From Tubulanus polymorphus (taxonomy: Eukaryota; Animalia; Nemertea): DNA of 64,000 nt. This document shows, in pieces, positions 1 to 21,200 of this stretch (its first letter is position 1; each line of letters begins with the position of its first letter). A program made the position numbers and the translations under genes. The notes below the pieces were generated by a model. The model was not told where the DNA came from, searched no databases, and saw only the letters and a program-made list of their open reading frames with translations. The stretch spans positions 62,001 through 126,000 of the forward strand of contig NW_027437430.1 in assembly GCF_964204645.1 (NCBI RefSeq), read 5' to 3'.

Positions 1-49
1 GTGCGCCATCTATCATGAATTGTCAAAATACATATTCAGTGGTACTCAC

Positions 50-1956
50 CCCTCATAACTAGAGAGCTTTCAATCTTATCCTGTGATGTATTGTTTTTAC
101 CGTTGGTTACAGTAGAGCGAACGTACTTCCCTTCTTTTACATCTTCAAATACGTTGAATAGATCAGCGACACGACTTGTATACCCGGCTAATTCAGTCAC
201 CTGAACAATCATTTAAAAAATCACCACTCATAAATTTATAATCCAAGGCCATTATTCGTTTAGATAAATATCAATATTTACTGACATCTTTGTAAGAAGA
301 AATGATGCGTTCAACCGCATCAGCTGAATTTATTAGTAAATTTCGAGCAGTTGTGAATGCCTTTGTTCGTTCGCTCACTCCGCCATCAGGATCATCATCT
401 ACGTATGAACCTACAATAAAATTCACACAGTTTATAGGCCTAATCCCGTTTCAAGATCCTGGAAAAAACTGTGGGCCTACGCCTAAGAACTCCCAATTTT
501 CAGTTTTCAACTATAAACCATTTTCATCAAAATTAAGTCAAAAACCGAAAATTCAGAGTTCATTATAAATTCATTCATTATTCATTATTATTATTATCAT
601 TATCATTATTATCATTAGATTCCAAAATCATTTTGATGGATGGGTTTGACACTTGTGTCCTTATTTGTAACGCATTGCGAATATCTGCCTCTTCTAGTAA
701 CAAAGTTACACACCATCAGCTTTAACAGCTTTAGCAGTAATTACAGGTACTGCAATTATCATCATTCCAGCTGTACTCCAGATATACTTCATCAGAAACT
801 GCTCCAACATTATGTACCAAAGTTTCTTCGAAAATATCAAATTCATTTGTTCTGCCAGTAATTTGAAACCTTTAAACAACAAATTCATTTCAACCTGGAA
901 CAAAATTAAATCGTTAACAGTAAGAATAATCATTAATGTTCTTTCACTAAATGATCGCAAGCGATGAGGTTTGTTAGGTTTTACCTCATGTCCAGCATAA
1001 AAGGCAATCTCTTCAGCATTAGCGATGATCCTCGAATGTAAATAACGCAGATATCCTTTTCTATTTGCTTCTTCAGCGACCAGTTTACCAAATGTTGGAG
1101 AAACAAATTTCAGTATTTGTCCAGTACATAAGACGACAGAAGTAGCTATAACTGCTGGTATTTTAGAACTAGCCCCACGACTACGCGCTAATTGAAACAA
1201 GGCAAAGTTAATAAGAGCTACATCTAATATGGGTTTTGTTAGATGGGAATACAAATGAGACAGAGTTGAGGTAAACATAGTAATATCCTCTGTAAGACAT
1301 TGATCAACATTGGCTAAACGTCCATCTAAATTGCTAACTCTATAATACGTCTGCTCTTTAAAATAAGCTCTATACGCATGTTTTACTAGTTTTGAACGTA
1401 AAGCAAGCGCTAGTTTGTTTTCAAAGAAGCGTATAAGACTGTTGATAAATGTTGCAGGAACAGCAATAAGTAACCATTTCATAACTTCAATAGCAAACTT
1501 CATCACATTTTTCTGGACAATAGCTTTCACAATTCTACCGTCCAATTTGGCAACGTAAATGGACAGAAAGGTGCGGGTAATTAATGAGGTGGTGTGGAGA
1601 ACCAGGATCCCAAATTCCTTTGACAGCGGTCCAGGTATCATTATCTTAATCAATTTCTTCAGCTGCTTTAAGAATAATTTATTGACAGCTGGTGAATTCT
1701 TCTTTTGTAGATTATTGGAAATAATTTGACAGTCATTTTTGTTTTCCGTTCGTTTGACGTTGTTTTGAATCGACGGCGAAGATGAAGATGTGATCTGATG
1801 ATTGTCGATGTCATCGCGTGACTTCCGGGTTCCAGACAGCAGGATCGGATATAGCTTTTTAACGCTGTATACCGCAAATATCGCTACCGCAGCACCCCCA
1901 GCCAGCTTCCCACAAGCGGCTTTATTTTTCTGACTCATTTGAAGCAGTCTAGACAT
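50..1956 (-). CDS. ABCD2: Peroxisomal ABC half-transporter, ABCD1/ABCD2-like; 5' part (TMD exons), gene continues past the left edge
   Basis: Exons ~1956-985, 894-714, 410-286, 200-50 joined by GT-AG introns in frame. Family motifs [44 protein letters not shown] motif ([17 protein letters not shown]), SSYKD|[11 protein letters not shown]. Likely start ATG at 1956; the track's 1986 start is a TTG. Confidence 0.93.
566..617. repeat. Low-complexity (ATT/ATC)n tract in an ABCD intron
   Basis: Directly visible. Confidence 0.8.
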
Positions 1957-2124
1957 CTTTGGAAGGGCAGAAGGACACAATTTCAAACATAATTTGACAG
2001 ATTTCGTCGTTGTTGATGACAGGACGCCGCCATCTTTACCGACCGGCTTATAGCGCCAACTAGTGACGATATAGTGAACTACTGATTCTTCCTGTTGCAG
2101 ATTTTAATTGTTTTTCGTTGAGAT
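1957..2124. promoter_or_regulatory. Bidirectional promoter ABCD/REDIC1 with YY1-like and CTCF-like motifs
   Basis: 168 bp between divergent ATGs; CCGCCATCTT at 2027-2036; TAGCGCCAACTAGTG at 2051-2065. Confidence 0.65.
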
Positions 2125-8617
<6,493 letters not shown>

Positions 8618-10620
8618 ATAATTACCGAATGTTATGTTAGACGCAGTTCCGAATTCCATTGTTTATTGTTAGTTACTTTATCGGTGGTTTTTTTTAAGGA
8701 TCTGCTGAAGAGTTATCCATGAAACAATTGTATGGTTGTTTTTACTCAATTATATCCTGTACCACATAGATAATTCATATTTTAGATATTTCTAAGCGAA
8801 GCAGTAGATAATTTGATTTATTTAGTATCTCTTGTCAACTGTAGGTCTGAGGTCCGCTCTGCGTTTTTCCAATGACAGACAACATGCATTCATCAATTAG
8901 TATTCCACCATTCATTCATTATCCAGGAAACAGTTAATTTACGAGTTTCGTTTGTGCTCTGAATACTGATACTAAGCTTATTCTCCGTCAATATTATCTA
9001 AAATGCGCTTTCACAGTGATATTCGTTTTTCTCTGTTCTGAATTATATGTTTTGTATTGATCGTTAGAAAGATTCTCTTGTAATTTTCCTTTCTGTCTCA
9101 GTAGTGGGAGTCATGTTGGTTTTTTGCTTCAGCGAGGTTCCTTCACAGATTACGGTGATATGGGTGAACGTTTTTCGTGCCACGGAGTAATGCACAGTTC
9201 ACCGAGATGGTTGTTTCAGTGAAGAATTTATAGGATGAAAAGTTTTGCCAAAACGAAAATATTTGAAGAGGGTTTTCTCTTTAATTCAGAGGATATCACG
9301 AGTCGATTTGTCCAGTAAAGTTCGATGAGGTTCAATCAAGGTTTCATTACTCGCAATCATTCGGAAAGATGATCAACATCCTTACAAAATACAAAATGAA
9401 AAAGACTACCAGCTTTATTCACGAACGACGAAATAGGAAATAACAAAAATGAGAACCACTGCGTATGGATTGTTTCATTGCACACATTTATTTGTCAACT
9501 TAAGAGACAGAGTTTTGATTGTATATGAGCTGACAAGAACATTATACATGTATTATTTATCATATATTAGACTTTATAAGGATAATCACCAGTCAAAATA
9601 AAATTCGACAGGGAAAATAGGAACAACTCGCAACATTCTAAAAAGAGCAACAATACGATATTAACATAAATACTGCTAGATCAAATGTACGTATAACAAT
9701 CTGAATTTTCTTCGAAAACTCTTCATTTGGAATGAACAATGGTTGAGTGGATACGATGATTTACTTTAACAGATTTTTACATAATTTACTATTTTCTCGA
9801 GATCCAACTATTATAATACACAAACTACCAGAACCGAGTAGAATCAGAGAAAGAGAGAAAAAGAAAGAGATAGAGTTCTTCCTCTTTATACCCAGTGAAC
9901 ATAATAATATCAGCAGCAGAAACAGAGATAATTTTACACAGAATGTAAATTATTTGGGAATCGAATCTCGCAGCATCTACAAAGATCAAAATACACAATA
10001 GTCTAAAGGAATAAAACGAGTTCCCTCACAATCATCTACATATCATACACGAATTCTTTAGAAACATGATATATTCAATTAAACCTGCACCAGAGTTGTT
10101 ACACCCAAACCTCATGGCAAATAATGCATATTGATCCTAACGGCACATTTTCATAGGAGCAACGCAATTGTTTCCCAGGCATGAATAAACAAATCGAAGA
10201 AAAATTCTTCGTACTAAGTCGGTGGGTCTGAATACGTATCTGGTGTTCGGAAATCTCTCGGGGAATATATGTGTTAGGCACAAGACAACATTCTATGTCT
10301 TAATGGAATTATAGATATCGGGCATTGAGTAATCTATTTATAAACCTAATCGGCAGCGAATGCACTCATGGTCATCACATGCCTTCTATTGTGGATTTCT
10401 CTATAGCCTAAGCGTGTTTCTAGAATCTTAACAAATCATGTCTTAATTTTGGCCTATAAAGACTGATAATTTCATGAACACGTAAATCTAGTCTATTTTC
10501 TATTCTAATCAATATGAAAATATTGTATATATTTTGGAAGAATATTTGAGATAAAAGGCAGCACAAAGAAAGATATTATCATGTTCATATCATATATATA
10601 TATAAATTTCTTTCCTAGCC

Positions 10621-11166
10621 TATTGACCTTATTCACCGACATTACGCGTACTGTTCACGCGTGTCATGATTGCCGTCAAAAAACAGGGACTTCAAGTCAA
10701 AAGTAACAAGACAACTAACTTGAAAGGTTATTGACGTTTTGGTTGCTTAATATTGTCGACAATAATAATATGATATAAATTATATAACATTCAGCATCAA
10801 TAAATTTATTTTGGATTTAAACATATCGATGATTGAATTGACCGGCAACCAGTCTAGTCCCGATATATCAATAACGGAGTGCACAGTATCGTCTCATAAA
10901 TTATTATTAAGATTTATCAAAAATAAGATAAGAGTTACCGGTACGAAATATATCTAATTACAAAATAAACGCCAAAACTCCCAATTGTAGCATGTTTTAA
11001 AACGCCAATATTGATGACGTAGTACACATTGACTCACACGCATGTATAAAAGAATAATTGTTGTAACCGTTTTTACGGCGTCAAAAAAGATTTTTTTACT
11101 TCAGTTAGCAGCTTGCGCTTGACGGACATCATGACGCATTGTGACGTCACGCGAATAAGGTCTATA
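10621..11166. mobile_element. MITE / non-autonomous DNA transposon (~545 bp)
   Basis: Terminal inverted repeats TATTGACCTTATTCAC...GCGAATAAGGTCTATA, a shared subterminal GTCATGAT..CCGTCAA, TA at both ends, no ORF. Confidence 0.65.
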
Positions 11167-12208
11167 AGAGTCTACCACATTATTACCACTTTAAATACAT
11201 TTTATAAAAAAATATTCCCACCAAGTTTTCATAAGACTTGGAATATACACTTATTATTAAGTTAGTACAGTTGATATGTATATACGGTTTATATGCCTAT
11301 CACTAAACTACAAGGCCAGCTAAAATGAGTGGATTATTATAGATGATTGTTTATTCACACGTTAACTCTACCCCTAAAAAGCTATATCTAATCTAAATCA
11401 CTGTTGATTGCCAGTAATTCCGTCTCCGATTGAGTCGAACATTCAAAGTAGAGGTACGGTAAACTTCAAACTGGGTTTACCTCCATGACACATCAAGGTG
11501 TTTCTCAAAAAATAGTGACAATTCTTTTCGTAAGCAGACCAATCATTAGTTACCAGCAGGATCATGACTAGATGATATATTCTATGGTTAATGAGATATG
11601 ATAGCGTCCTCTCTCTATAGTTATCTGCTCATTCAGTCAAATGTTTTGCTTTCACGCTGAAAACATCTTATTCAACCATGAAAGGTCTAAATAAATCTAT
11701 ACATATCACCATTCGTGTTTGCCATAATCGCAAAAATAAATTTTATTTCTTTTTTCAGATCATGTTTTCCTTAATATCACAAATTTCACAATGATAATGA
11801 TAATCATTGGAGTTTTGAATTTGAAATAAAATAATTTTCATTCCTCATCACATATAATTGTGGCACACAAGTTCTCAAGGCAAATCTTGTAACTATCACA
11901 GATCTATCCGTTAGCCAGGCGATGGAATATTACCGGCATTTTTTCTTAAACCCATATATATAAGAGATGGTTCTGAACAAATCACACCACCCAATTATAC
12001 TGAAGGTCATTGATTGATTTGGTTTAAACAAAAGTCTCTTCCTCATCAATACACGTTAGGCCTACTTCGCCCATGGACACCGAGTCTATTATGTCAATGA
12101 TAGTTGAAAGAAGGTTGACGAATGATGTAGTTGTTTCACATATTTCCGCAATTGTCTGTAATTGTGCTAAATATGTTTGAATATTCATACGTTTATATAT
12201 GAATATAT

Positions 12209-15200
12209 CTATTCGGGAGAGTCGAGTTCTGAATCTCTTCCATCGCGGTTTAAGCCGCGGATATGTACGTATTGAATACTTTTTTCTGCATAAGACGTAA
12301 GCTTTGAAGAACCTTTTCCGAACCACGGTCGAGCGAAGAGGCCTTCGACCTCTTCCAGGGTCTTTCCTTTTGTTTCGGGCAACAGGAAGAAGAGAACTGA
12401 AAAGCCAACCATGGCCAGACAGGCATACAACCAGAATGTACCTGAAAAATAAACGATGATTTTAAGACATCTGCTATCGCTATGTTGGATAGTAAGGTAG
12501 GATATAGTCTCTTCTCTGTGACGAAATGTAGTTCATTTTCAAATTGAATCAGTTATCACTAAATCTACCACTTTAGTTAATGATACAAGTTTCTCAGGCA
12601 AGATGCCACTTATAGAGGGATTTTTACCATGTCGAGTTAAGGCTTCTGTGGATGTGAGGAATGTCATTGAGACTATCAGATTAAACAACCAGTTAGTGAA
12701 TGTAGATACAGCATTACCAGTACTCCTAGCCCATAGTGGATAGATCTCTGAGTTGATAGTCCATGGCATAGGACCCATACCTGAAATATACATGTCATTA
12801 TTGTTATGCGATTCCTTCACGAAAAAAGGTCCTACCTTTTCAACAATTTCTATAATTACCTGGGGCAAAGAAGACTAGATAAAGTACCAGGCCAACCATA
12901 GCCATCCATGAGTATGCGGTAGGACAATACTCGTATGCCCATGTGAGATCCCCAGGTAAATATGTGCTGTTACAACGTCCACTAGTAGCTTTCAGGGGAT
13001 CGTCATAAGTTGTGGGCAGACATGAAGCATTCACAGGACCGCGATTCTCATCCATGTAACAATACCCACAATATAGGTCCCTCATACAGTCATCACAGGT
13101 ACTGAAATTCAAAATTCATTATGGTACTAGTAATATGCAGATAAATTGTGCGCTCCTGATTACAATTAAAGACAAGAACATAACAGCTCAACCATATGTG
13201 GCCTCAACTTGACGACCGATATGACGATTTCGACAGCCAACTAATAGAATTTATTCAACCACTTCAATTGCAATGGCTTGATCAACATCCATACGTTCAT
13301 GTATATACATTAGTAGCAGTCATCTAATTCAGTAGTGATGCGCACAAGCTTTCGTAATTGTCACAACTGAATGTGATAAACCATTAGACTAACTTGTGTG
13401 CGAAGAAACTGGCAGTGATGGATAAGGACCGTGTAACCTACATTCTAATGCAAATCTTAATCGATCACCAGGAAATTTCAATCTCAGAGCACACGAATCA
13501 TTTATCACGGTGTAAAATTGAAAAATACTCATATTGTATCCGCAGTATCATGTAATAATGATTCCACAAAATGTGGATTAGAACACCTCGGAATAAATAA
13601 GGGTATCACAGCTTTTTGTTTATCCGAAATTTCATGAAGCCCGGTGTTCGATCAGACACTAGCTAGCTGACGAAAGTTCATCTATATTCTAATTATGTGT
13701 AGACGCATTGTTTGCTTTTCTCATGAGAAATTCTTTTCCCTCAGATCACAGTTAACTACAAAAACTAATCAAGCCTTCCAGATTAAAGAAAAAGTACCGA
13801 TGATGAAGCAGTTACCATAGATAGAATACGTAGCTCGACAAAATATCGCTAATCAAGCTTGAAAGAGATGTGATCTGAATTCATGAAAATGACGGTTCCC
13901 CTCGGAGAATAAACATTGCCTTTATTACCCTTTTTTCTATATATTTCTATTAGGATGACTGAGACTGAATGGGAAAACCATTACGACTACTACAAGCTTA
14001 AGTAGGATGTGCCTTCTTAGATCTTAACTAAGCAGACCTTTTTAGAATTTAACATACCTGTACGCACCGCACTGGCTTCCTTCTATATTTTCCCACGAGT
14101 TGATTCTAGGTGAATTAAAGGCGGCTAGTTGGAATCCTACGGCTAACCATATCAAACTTATAATGGCTCCTGAGAAAGACAAATTCGATTAGAGATGATC
14201 ATATAGGTATAGGTTGAACAAACCCCATTTAAAGCCGGTATTTCGTTCCGATTGAAGGCGATGTAGAGAAAATCTTGAAAAGATCCGACAACATCGATGC
14301 AAACTAAGAAAATTACGAGGTAATGTATTTGGCTACCATAAGACATATATCACCCACAATGACCATATGCATAACAATAGCCCACTGATTCCGTGTGGTA
14401 TCAGATAAATCGTCATCGGTCAGATATACGTCGATGGCACCCATAACGTATCCCATCTAAAGTGAAGATTACTAACCCATTAAACTGCCTAATGTCAGAA
14501 GTCTACGGCCAATCTTTTCAACCAAGTAAAGCCCAACAAATGTAAACATGAAATTGACAGCGGCAGTCACTGCTGATAACCAAATTGCTGTCATTTCACT
14601 TTTAACACCAGACATCTTGATAATTGTAGCGCTATAATACCTACAAATATATATACAACAAATGGATACATTACAATTGGGATGGATGGAATAAAGACAC
14701 AATTCAGAGTTGAGATATAGAACCCGGAATTAATGATAACAACGCGTAAAATATTACCCATTAAAACACAAATTAGAACTGTCACGTATAATATGATTCA
14801 TATAGTTTCCATGAATATGGAGGTGCCATTTGATGGGCATATTTTCATTAACATTGCCGAAAGACTTGTCGAAGTTCGAATTGTATTTTAAAAGCTAAAT
14901 TTTGCATATGATGCAAAATTTCATTCTTATCAAATTCTTATTAAATAGAAATGCTACGACGAAAATACGCAGTGCATATGCATCAAGAAATGATGAAGTA
15001 ATTCGCCGGAATAGTTGACTATGCAGTACGGGGCTGATTGAAGGCACACGACGAGAGCAGTGTAAATATACCAGTAGTCATTCAACCGTTGAGAAGATGA
15101 GAGTGTCATTTACCCTCAGTCTGGAAAAAGAGGTTTCCACTTTTACACAGTGGTAACTATTGCATACGCATATCAGCCGTTATCAATCGTTAGAATTGGA

Positions 15201-18200
15201 GGAAGGTTACCTCAGCAAGGATGAAATTGACATAAACTATAGGATCGCGTGAAACCATTTCTGAATTCTAGATATTTCCAATTTTTTACTGTATTGGTAT
15301 ATTCTTGATTATCAGACAAACCACACCCAGTCTGATTTAGTAAAAATCGTTTTGTGGCAAGACATTGTCAACATATAATTGGATTCTCTGATGAATCTGG
15401 ACAAAAAGCTTATTGACTGCAAATATGAACCATCACTTTCCTACACCAAGCTGAGGCCCTTAAGCTAAAATACCGCAACCAAATTATAATAATTGAAAGT
15501 ACTACTATATATTTATTGATCTTGCCTTCAGAGTCTAGTAGATGTGGCTCAGTAACTTCACCATCATCAGTTTTCATATTGAAATAAAAAGTACAAAACC
15601 AGCCATGATTATTTAAGCAGTACGGTACATTTCCAGGAAATGATACTATTTAATTTGATGATAGTAAATTGTCGCATGAATTTCAGGTGGCTTTAGGCTA
15701 AAAGTGTCAAGTTTCTCTTTGCCAAGCGATGACGCTGTCTACATGTACATTGACAGTCCTACGGCAAATGTCTGAATACTCGTTTCAATTTCCTTAAACA
15801 GAAAATCAAATTGTAAAATGGAAACCAAGCTGATCACGAATTACAGATAAGGCTGCTTCATTTCAGGGGAAAATAGTTTACAGGCCCGCAGTTACAACAC
15901 GTATTCGTGTTCCTTGCAGAAAAGATCGAGGCTAAAATAAATGTCAGAAGATGAAACAATTGACAAATTCAAATTTTTCATTCCCGAAGAAGAATCAATA
16001 ATGGGTAGGTGCTCCAATGATGAGCATTTCAATTGCAGATTCAATAATGAAAATATCCAAGTTCAATATAACAGCGTGTACATGGTACCACTTTAACAGC
16101 CTAGAGCGTTCATTCCAACTAACATTCACTCGCTCATCAATCTTAAATTTGACACCTTGAAATTGATTTTCTCAAATACATTTCATAATAAACATTTAAT
16201 ATTAGATAATAGGTTGTGTGAAATACTCACATGACAGTGTTGATACCGGCTAATTGTTGAAACATTTGTAAACTACATCCTATCACTAGAGATCGACGTA
16301 TTGATGGGGTCAATATCATCTGTACTATAATAGGTGACTTCATACCTTAAAATAACAGTGAATCATTTATAGCGAAGCTGAAATGAGAAGCAGTTTTGAA
16401 TGATATGGTTTTATTTCCCGAATCAACTGTCTTCGTCCTGTACAACAGTTTGGTCACAGTTCTTTGAAATCTTCTCATGACGCATTGTTGCAAATTACAA
16501 AAGTAAACTCACAAAATGGCGGCTAGCAATGGTGTATTCTAGAACCTATGTTGGTTTCAGTGACGTAGAGTGTTATAGAAAATAACTGTCATTAGATCAA
16601 ATGCCTTTTTCAAAACAGAATCAGATGGTTTTGAAGAAATGGGTGACATTTTTGTTTGTCAAGAAGCAAAGCGATCGAAGCCCGATGCCTGGCTAGTTAG
16701 ATCATCTGTTACCAGTCATATCTCCTGAGTAATTGCTTGCCACTGTCTTTAATAATTTCCTGTCCGCGCCAGTAAAATCAGCCAAAGCAGACGCATGGTA
16801 GAAATATGGTACAAAATCGAAATTTTCCCGTTGAATAATTTATGTTATTGATGGCTTATTCTGAAGTAATGCACGAGACGTACTGCGCTAATATGTAAAT
16901 AAAGTCTTTAGTGATATTAATGTTAGCAATATTCGTACTTGCGATACTAAATCAATAGTCGAATTTTGTCGCTGCGAAAATGATTATGAATGAGCATAGA
17001 ACATTTCTTCTTATGGCTAAATCATACAAAACACCACGAAAATCATACATGGTTAACATCAGACCGGGCTGTACCGGAAGATTTCACATCTCACAAAACA
17101 TTGTTTCCTGTAGCATTTAACATAGTTATAGGTGTCAATTGAATTCACCCTTTGTTGTATTATTGGATTAGTGTATCAGTTCTCAGTAACACAGAGCCTA
17201 ATTGACAACGCTATTTTTTAGATGAACTTCGGATGCACGGACATAACTGCATCAACAATTGAATCGGCTTTGAATTGAAACGAGTGAGGCCTCAGGATCG
17301 TTGGATCAGGCGACGGAATTATTTTGGGTCATATCATGTCGTGTTAAATGATGTTGCGAAATATGTCAAACTCAATAGATCGCAACAGTAACCAAAAGAT
17401 AAACTGATAAAAATGTGATATCAACTGGCTGCAATCACTGTGCATGGTACACTTGACCAATTTCATTTAGAACCATTACCGATTTATTGCTATGCAAAGC
17501 GACTAAAAGCAGTCGGATGCCAGGATTAATCGGTCAGCGGGGAGACATTTTATCAATGCATTAATTGATTAACATGCAATGACATTAAACCTACGTAAGT
17601 ACACTATCATCCACATGCATGAAAATGTGCTAAAGTAAAGCTTAATTAGGTAAATGTTAAAGGTTTTTGAAAATTCGTATGGTTTGACAGTAATCGCTAT
17701 GAAATACAGTACGGGGTACATCTCCCAAATATCGCCCTGCAGCTTTTGAGCAACTTTAGTGATTATTTGTTTATTTGGCAACGATCATGCCTGTATTTCA
17801 CTAGTGATATCATTCTGGCTGCTGTAAGAGAAGCGTATATCACAGTAATGATTTATGAGCTAATCCCAAGAGCTCTTTCTTGTGAGCTTTTTAAGTACAT
17901 GCATAGCCAGATTATTGTTAGAAACGTCGAGATTGGAACTGCATTGGTCTAGGGACCCGGCACGCGACACAATCACGTTTAAACAGACGAACAATACAAA
18001 TAATTTTTGTCTTGGATCAGGGGGAATCGGTCAGTGAATTTCAAGTCCATAACACTATTACAAAATATATCTCTTCAAAACGAGAGTGGACTTCAAATGG
18101 TACCAAAGATTTAACCGGCTATTTAACATACATACTTCGTTCTCGCCTTTCTCTTTCTGCCTCCAGACAATTGTTTTTAATACTCTCAAATTCTTCCTCG

Positions 18201-21200
18201 ATGTCTTCTTCTCCGCGAATTTCGTGCAGTACTCGACGCGCCTTATCTTCTTTATCCTGAATTATCAACCATCGTGGACTCTCGGGCAAAAACAGGAACC
18301 CAATGAACTGAGCTGCAGATGGTAACGCCGCTAGACCCAACATGTACCTATATGAAATAAACATCACATTTTACTTGACAATTTAGCAATGACGATAATT
18401 ACCCTCAAAAAGTGAAAGAGGTCCTAGAACAGCCATTTGTATGTCAAATATCATTTTGTCAAAGATAAGATCCCGTGAAAGAAAACAAATTTCCTTGAGT
18501 TATTCTATTTAACTAAGTATCCCTGAAAATTATATATAAAAGTCTTTTTTCGTTTGTATTTTGGGATTTTATCTTATATGATTATCGTTACAACACGATG
18601 TAGGTGTTTCATCAAGATCATGTTCACTCCCGCAGACGTTACCGACGTCTGATGATGATATAGGATAACTGTGCGAGGTTGGAATATGAATCCGCGTGGT
18701 TTAAAACGACAAACGGCAGAAGGAATCACAATATTTCATTATCATCAGTAACAAATATTGCTTCAAGGAAACAAACAGCGGATAATTCACAAATTGCGAG
18801 TCTCAATTTGTCCTGGTGCTAATTAACACCCAGGGGATTGTGAATTACTTCTGAATTACTTCATTACTGATGTTACTATCCAATCTAGATGCATCTCAAC
18901 TATGCAGCAAACATGGAATAATGCTGCAATCGGTTTGTCGATTAAAGGAACTTTTACGGCTATGATAGATTTCCAGTAGTCGTGGTATGCTGGAAAGCCA
19001 AACGCAAACAATGTTTCTCGTTTCTCTTCACACGTCACAGACAGGGAAACGCTCGCAAACATGTTTCCGTCTCCTGTTTCCGCATTTCCCTGCATCGTGT
19101 TCAATTCGTATTAATTTAAAATTTTGAGTTATATGCTTCAAGTTTCCACGCATAATTCAATGCTGGTCATATTTTAACTATAGGCTGCCATGGTGACCAT
19201 GCAGAGTCCTCAGTTATCATTTCTATGATCAAAGTAATATCGACCACATGGAACAAAAATGCTGTGGAAACTGTACAATTCCTGCCATTCATCCATCTCA
19301 CTACTGAGAGAATCAATCTAGTATGAAGCAGCTAGTTGGTCAATACCAGTGCTGGACAATGCCTGGTAAAGCTAAAAAATTCTCGTAGATCTGGATTCAA
19401 GTTCACTTCATTTATCAATAACGCCAACAATATTGCTTCCATCTCGGCTTATATTTGCGTCAAGTAGCTCAGTGACTACTGCTTTAATTTCATTCCCAGA
19501 GCTTGAGCCATTGACAGGAAATCTATAAATCCGTCATATCCTAGTCTGACCTCAATCAATTTCATTCTATTATGAGATTAACCGCGAATAAAATCAGTTC
19601 AGCTCTTCAGTTTTTTTTTGGCAGAACCATCCAGGGGACGGAATCTATGGACCCGGCATTGTATATTAGAACGATCAAGTTGCACGTATAAGTTACACAT
19701 TTCTGATCAGTGATTCTTATCATTTGTTTTCTGAAGAAAAATGCCACTTCTATATGGCTCATTGACTCTGAGGGAAAGGTGACTTAATGATGCAGCTACA
19801 ATGATTAGATTTTCTAATCTGATAAATGGCCGTCTAGACTGGAATCGCTGCAGACGATTCACGCAGTAGAAGGCGACTGGACCAGTTGAGATGAATTCCC
19901 TCCATGTTCCCAATATATACATGTATTCATTGATTTTCTGAAATGAAAGCGGTTGAAGTAATATCTGCATCTCAAGTAGCGATAATAACGTTACAAAAAT
20001 GGTAACATCGTATCCTCGTAGAATCAACTTCAATACAACTAATCATTTCTGGCCCTTAAAAACTTAATGCTTATATTGTTGTCCTTTTGTTGAAACATCT
20101 ATAAATATTTCATATGCTTTCACGCCGGAGCAATCCTTTCATTCATAATTATTAGTCTCATTGGTGAATTGAATAATTCAAGGTGTTTCAGAAATGTACT
20201 GAAAAGGTGGATTTGAAATTTGAATAATGAAAGAGACACGTTCTCTTTCAATGTCTTCCAATGTCTTCCTCGGTCGTTTATCGGATATAAAGCAAGAGGA
20301 AATCGATAGCCCCCAGTGTCAAATATTTTTTCTGCATAGAACCAGCCTCGGAGTAGACCAAAGACGTAAGTACCGTACGCCTACAAACCTAATACTCGAA
20401 TAAACCATAGGCTCAACAGAACGGATCTTTTTATAGTGGCCAGCCAACATGCAAATCATTACTGAAATGACATGTCCGTCCAGTGTTGTAAATGCCATCC
20501 AGGTTACAACAGCAGAACAACACTAATCCATTATTCTAGCTTTATGGCAATATTGTTTTTCATCCCACATAACCGCTTGAGGTATTCCACTTAGCGAGAG
20601 AATGCCCCTAAATCAGATTTTTTCAGGAAAAAAGAAAGCTGAGCTGAATTGGAGATCGATCGCGCAATATTCATCAAAAACGATGAAGACACCGATCTCA
20701 TCATCGAAAAATCTGAGTTAATCTAAGTTAAAGATAACTCTTCACTGAGTCTGTATGCCTTATATGCATGTCTAATTATTCCAATTCAAATATCTCATTC
20801 ATCAAAATGAAAACATGATTACCCTTAATCAAGTTTCAGTTTATCAGAAATTAAGAATTACACTTGAATCATAAAAAAACGTTAACTCCGCACTCGCAAT
20901 GAAAGATGCTTTTAATAGAATGCGAGGGATACGTGTAATGAACTCATTTTATTGATTTGAATTCGAACCTCGGAAAACATGGAATTTTCGATTCCCATTA
21001 GAAATCAGCTAAAACTTTAAGAATTACGAGTGTTACTCTTCTTCCCTTCAGCGATAACGTGAACCACTTCAACGATCCATACGTCACCGCACACAGATTA
21101 AACCTGGTAATTTCACACGATCTAGTACAGAAAATAATTGCGTCAGGAGACGATAATTTTCTTATTTGAAATGGCCGCCGCGCTGCGACATCATTGTTTA

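Noticed and set aside
362-378. TTTGTTCGTTCG identical to the first 12 nt of miR-375
   Set aside because: Antisense to the ABCD exon encoding the conserved SERTKAF; no precursor hairpin, and protein constraint explains it.
13588-13627. Short hairpin containing TATCACAGC (miR-2-like seed)
   Set aside because: The stem is too short and the seed falls in the loop.
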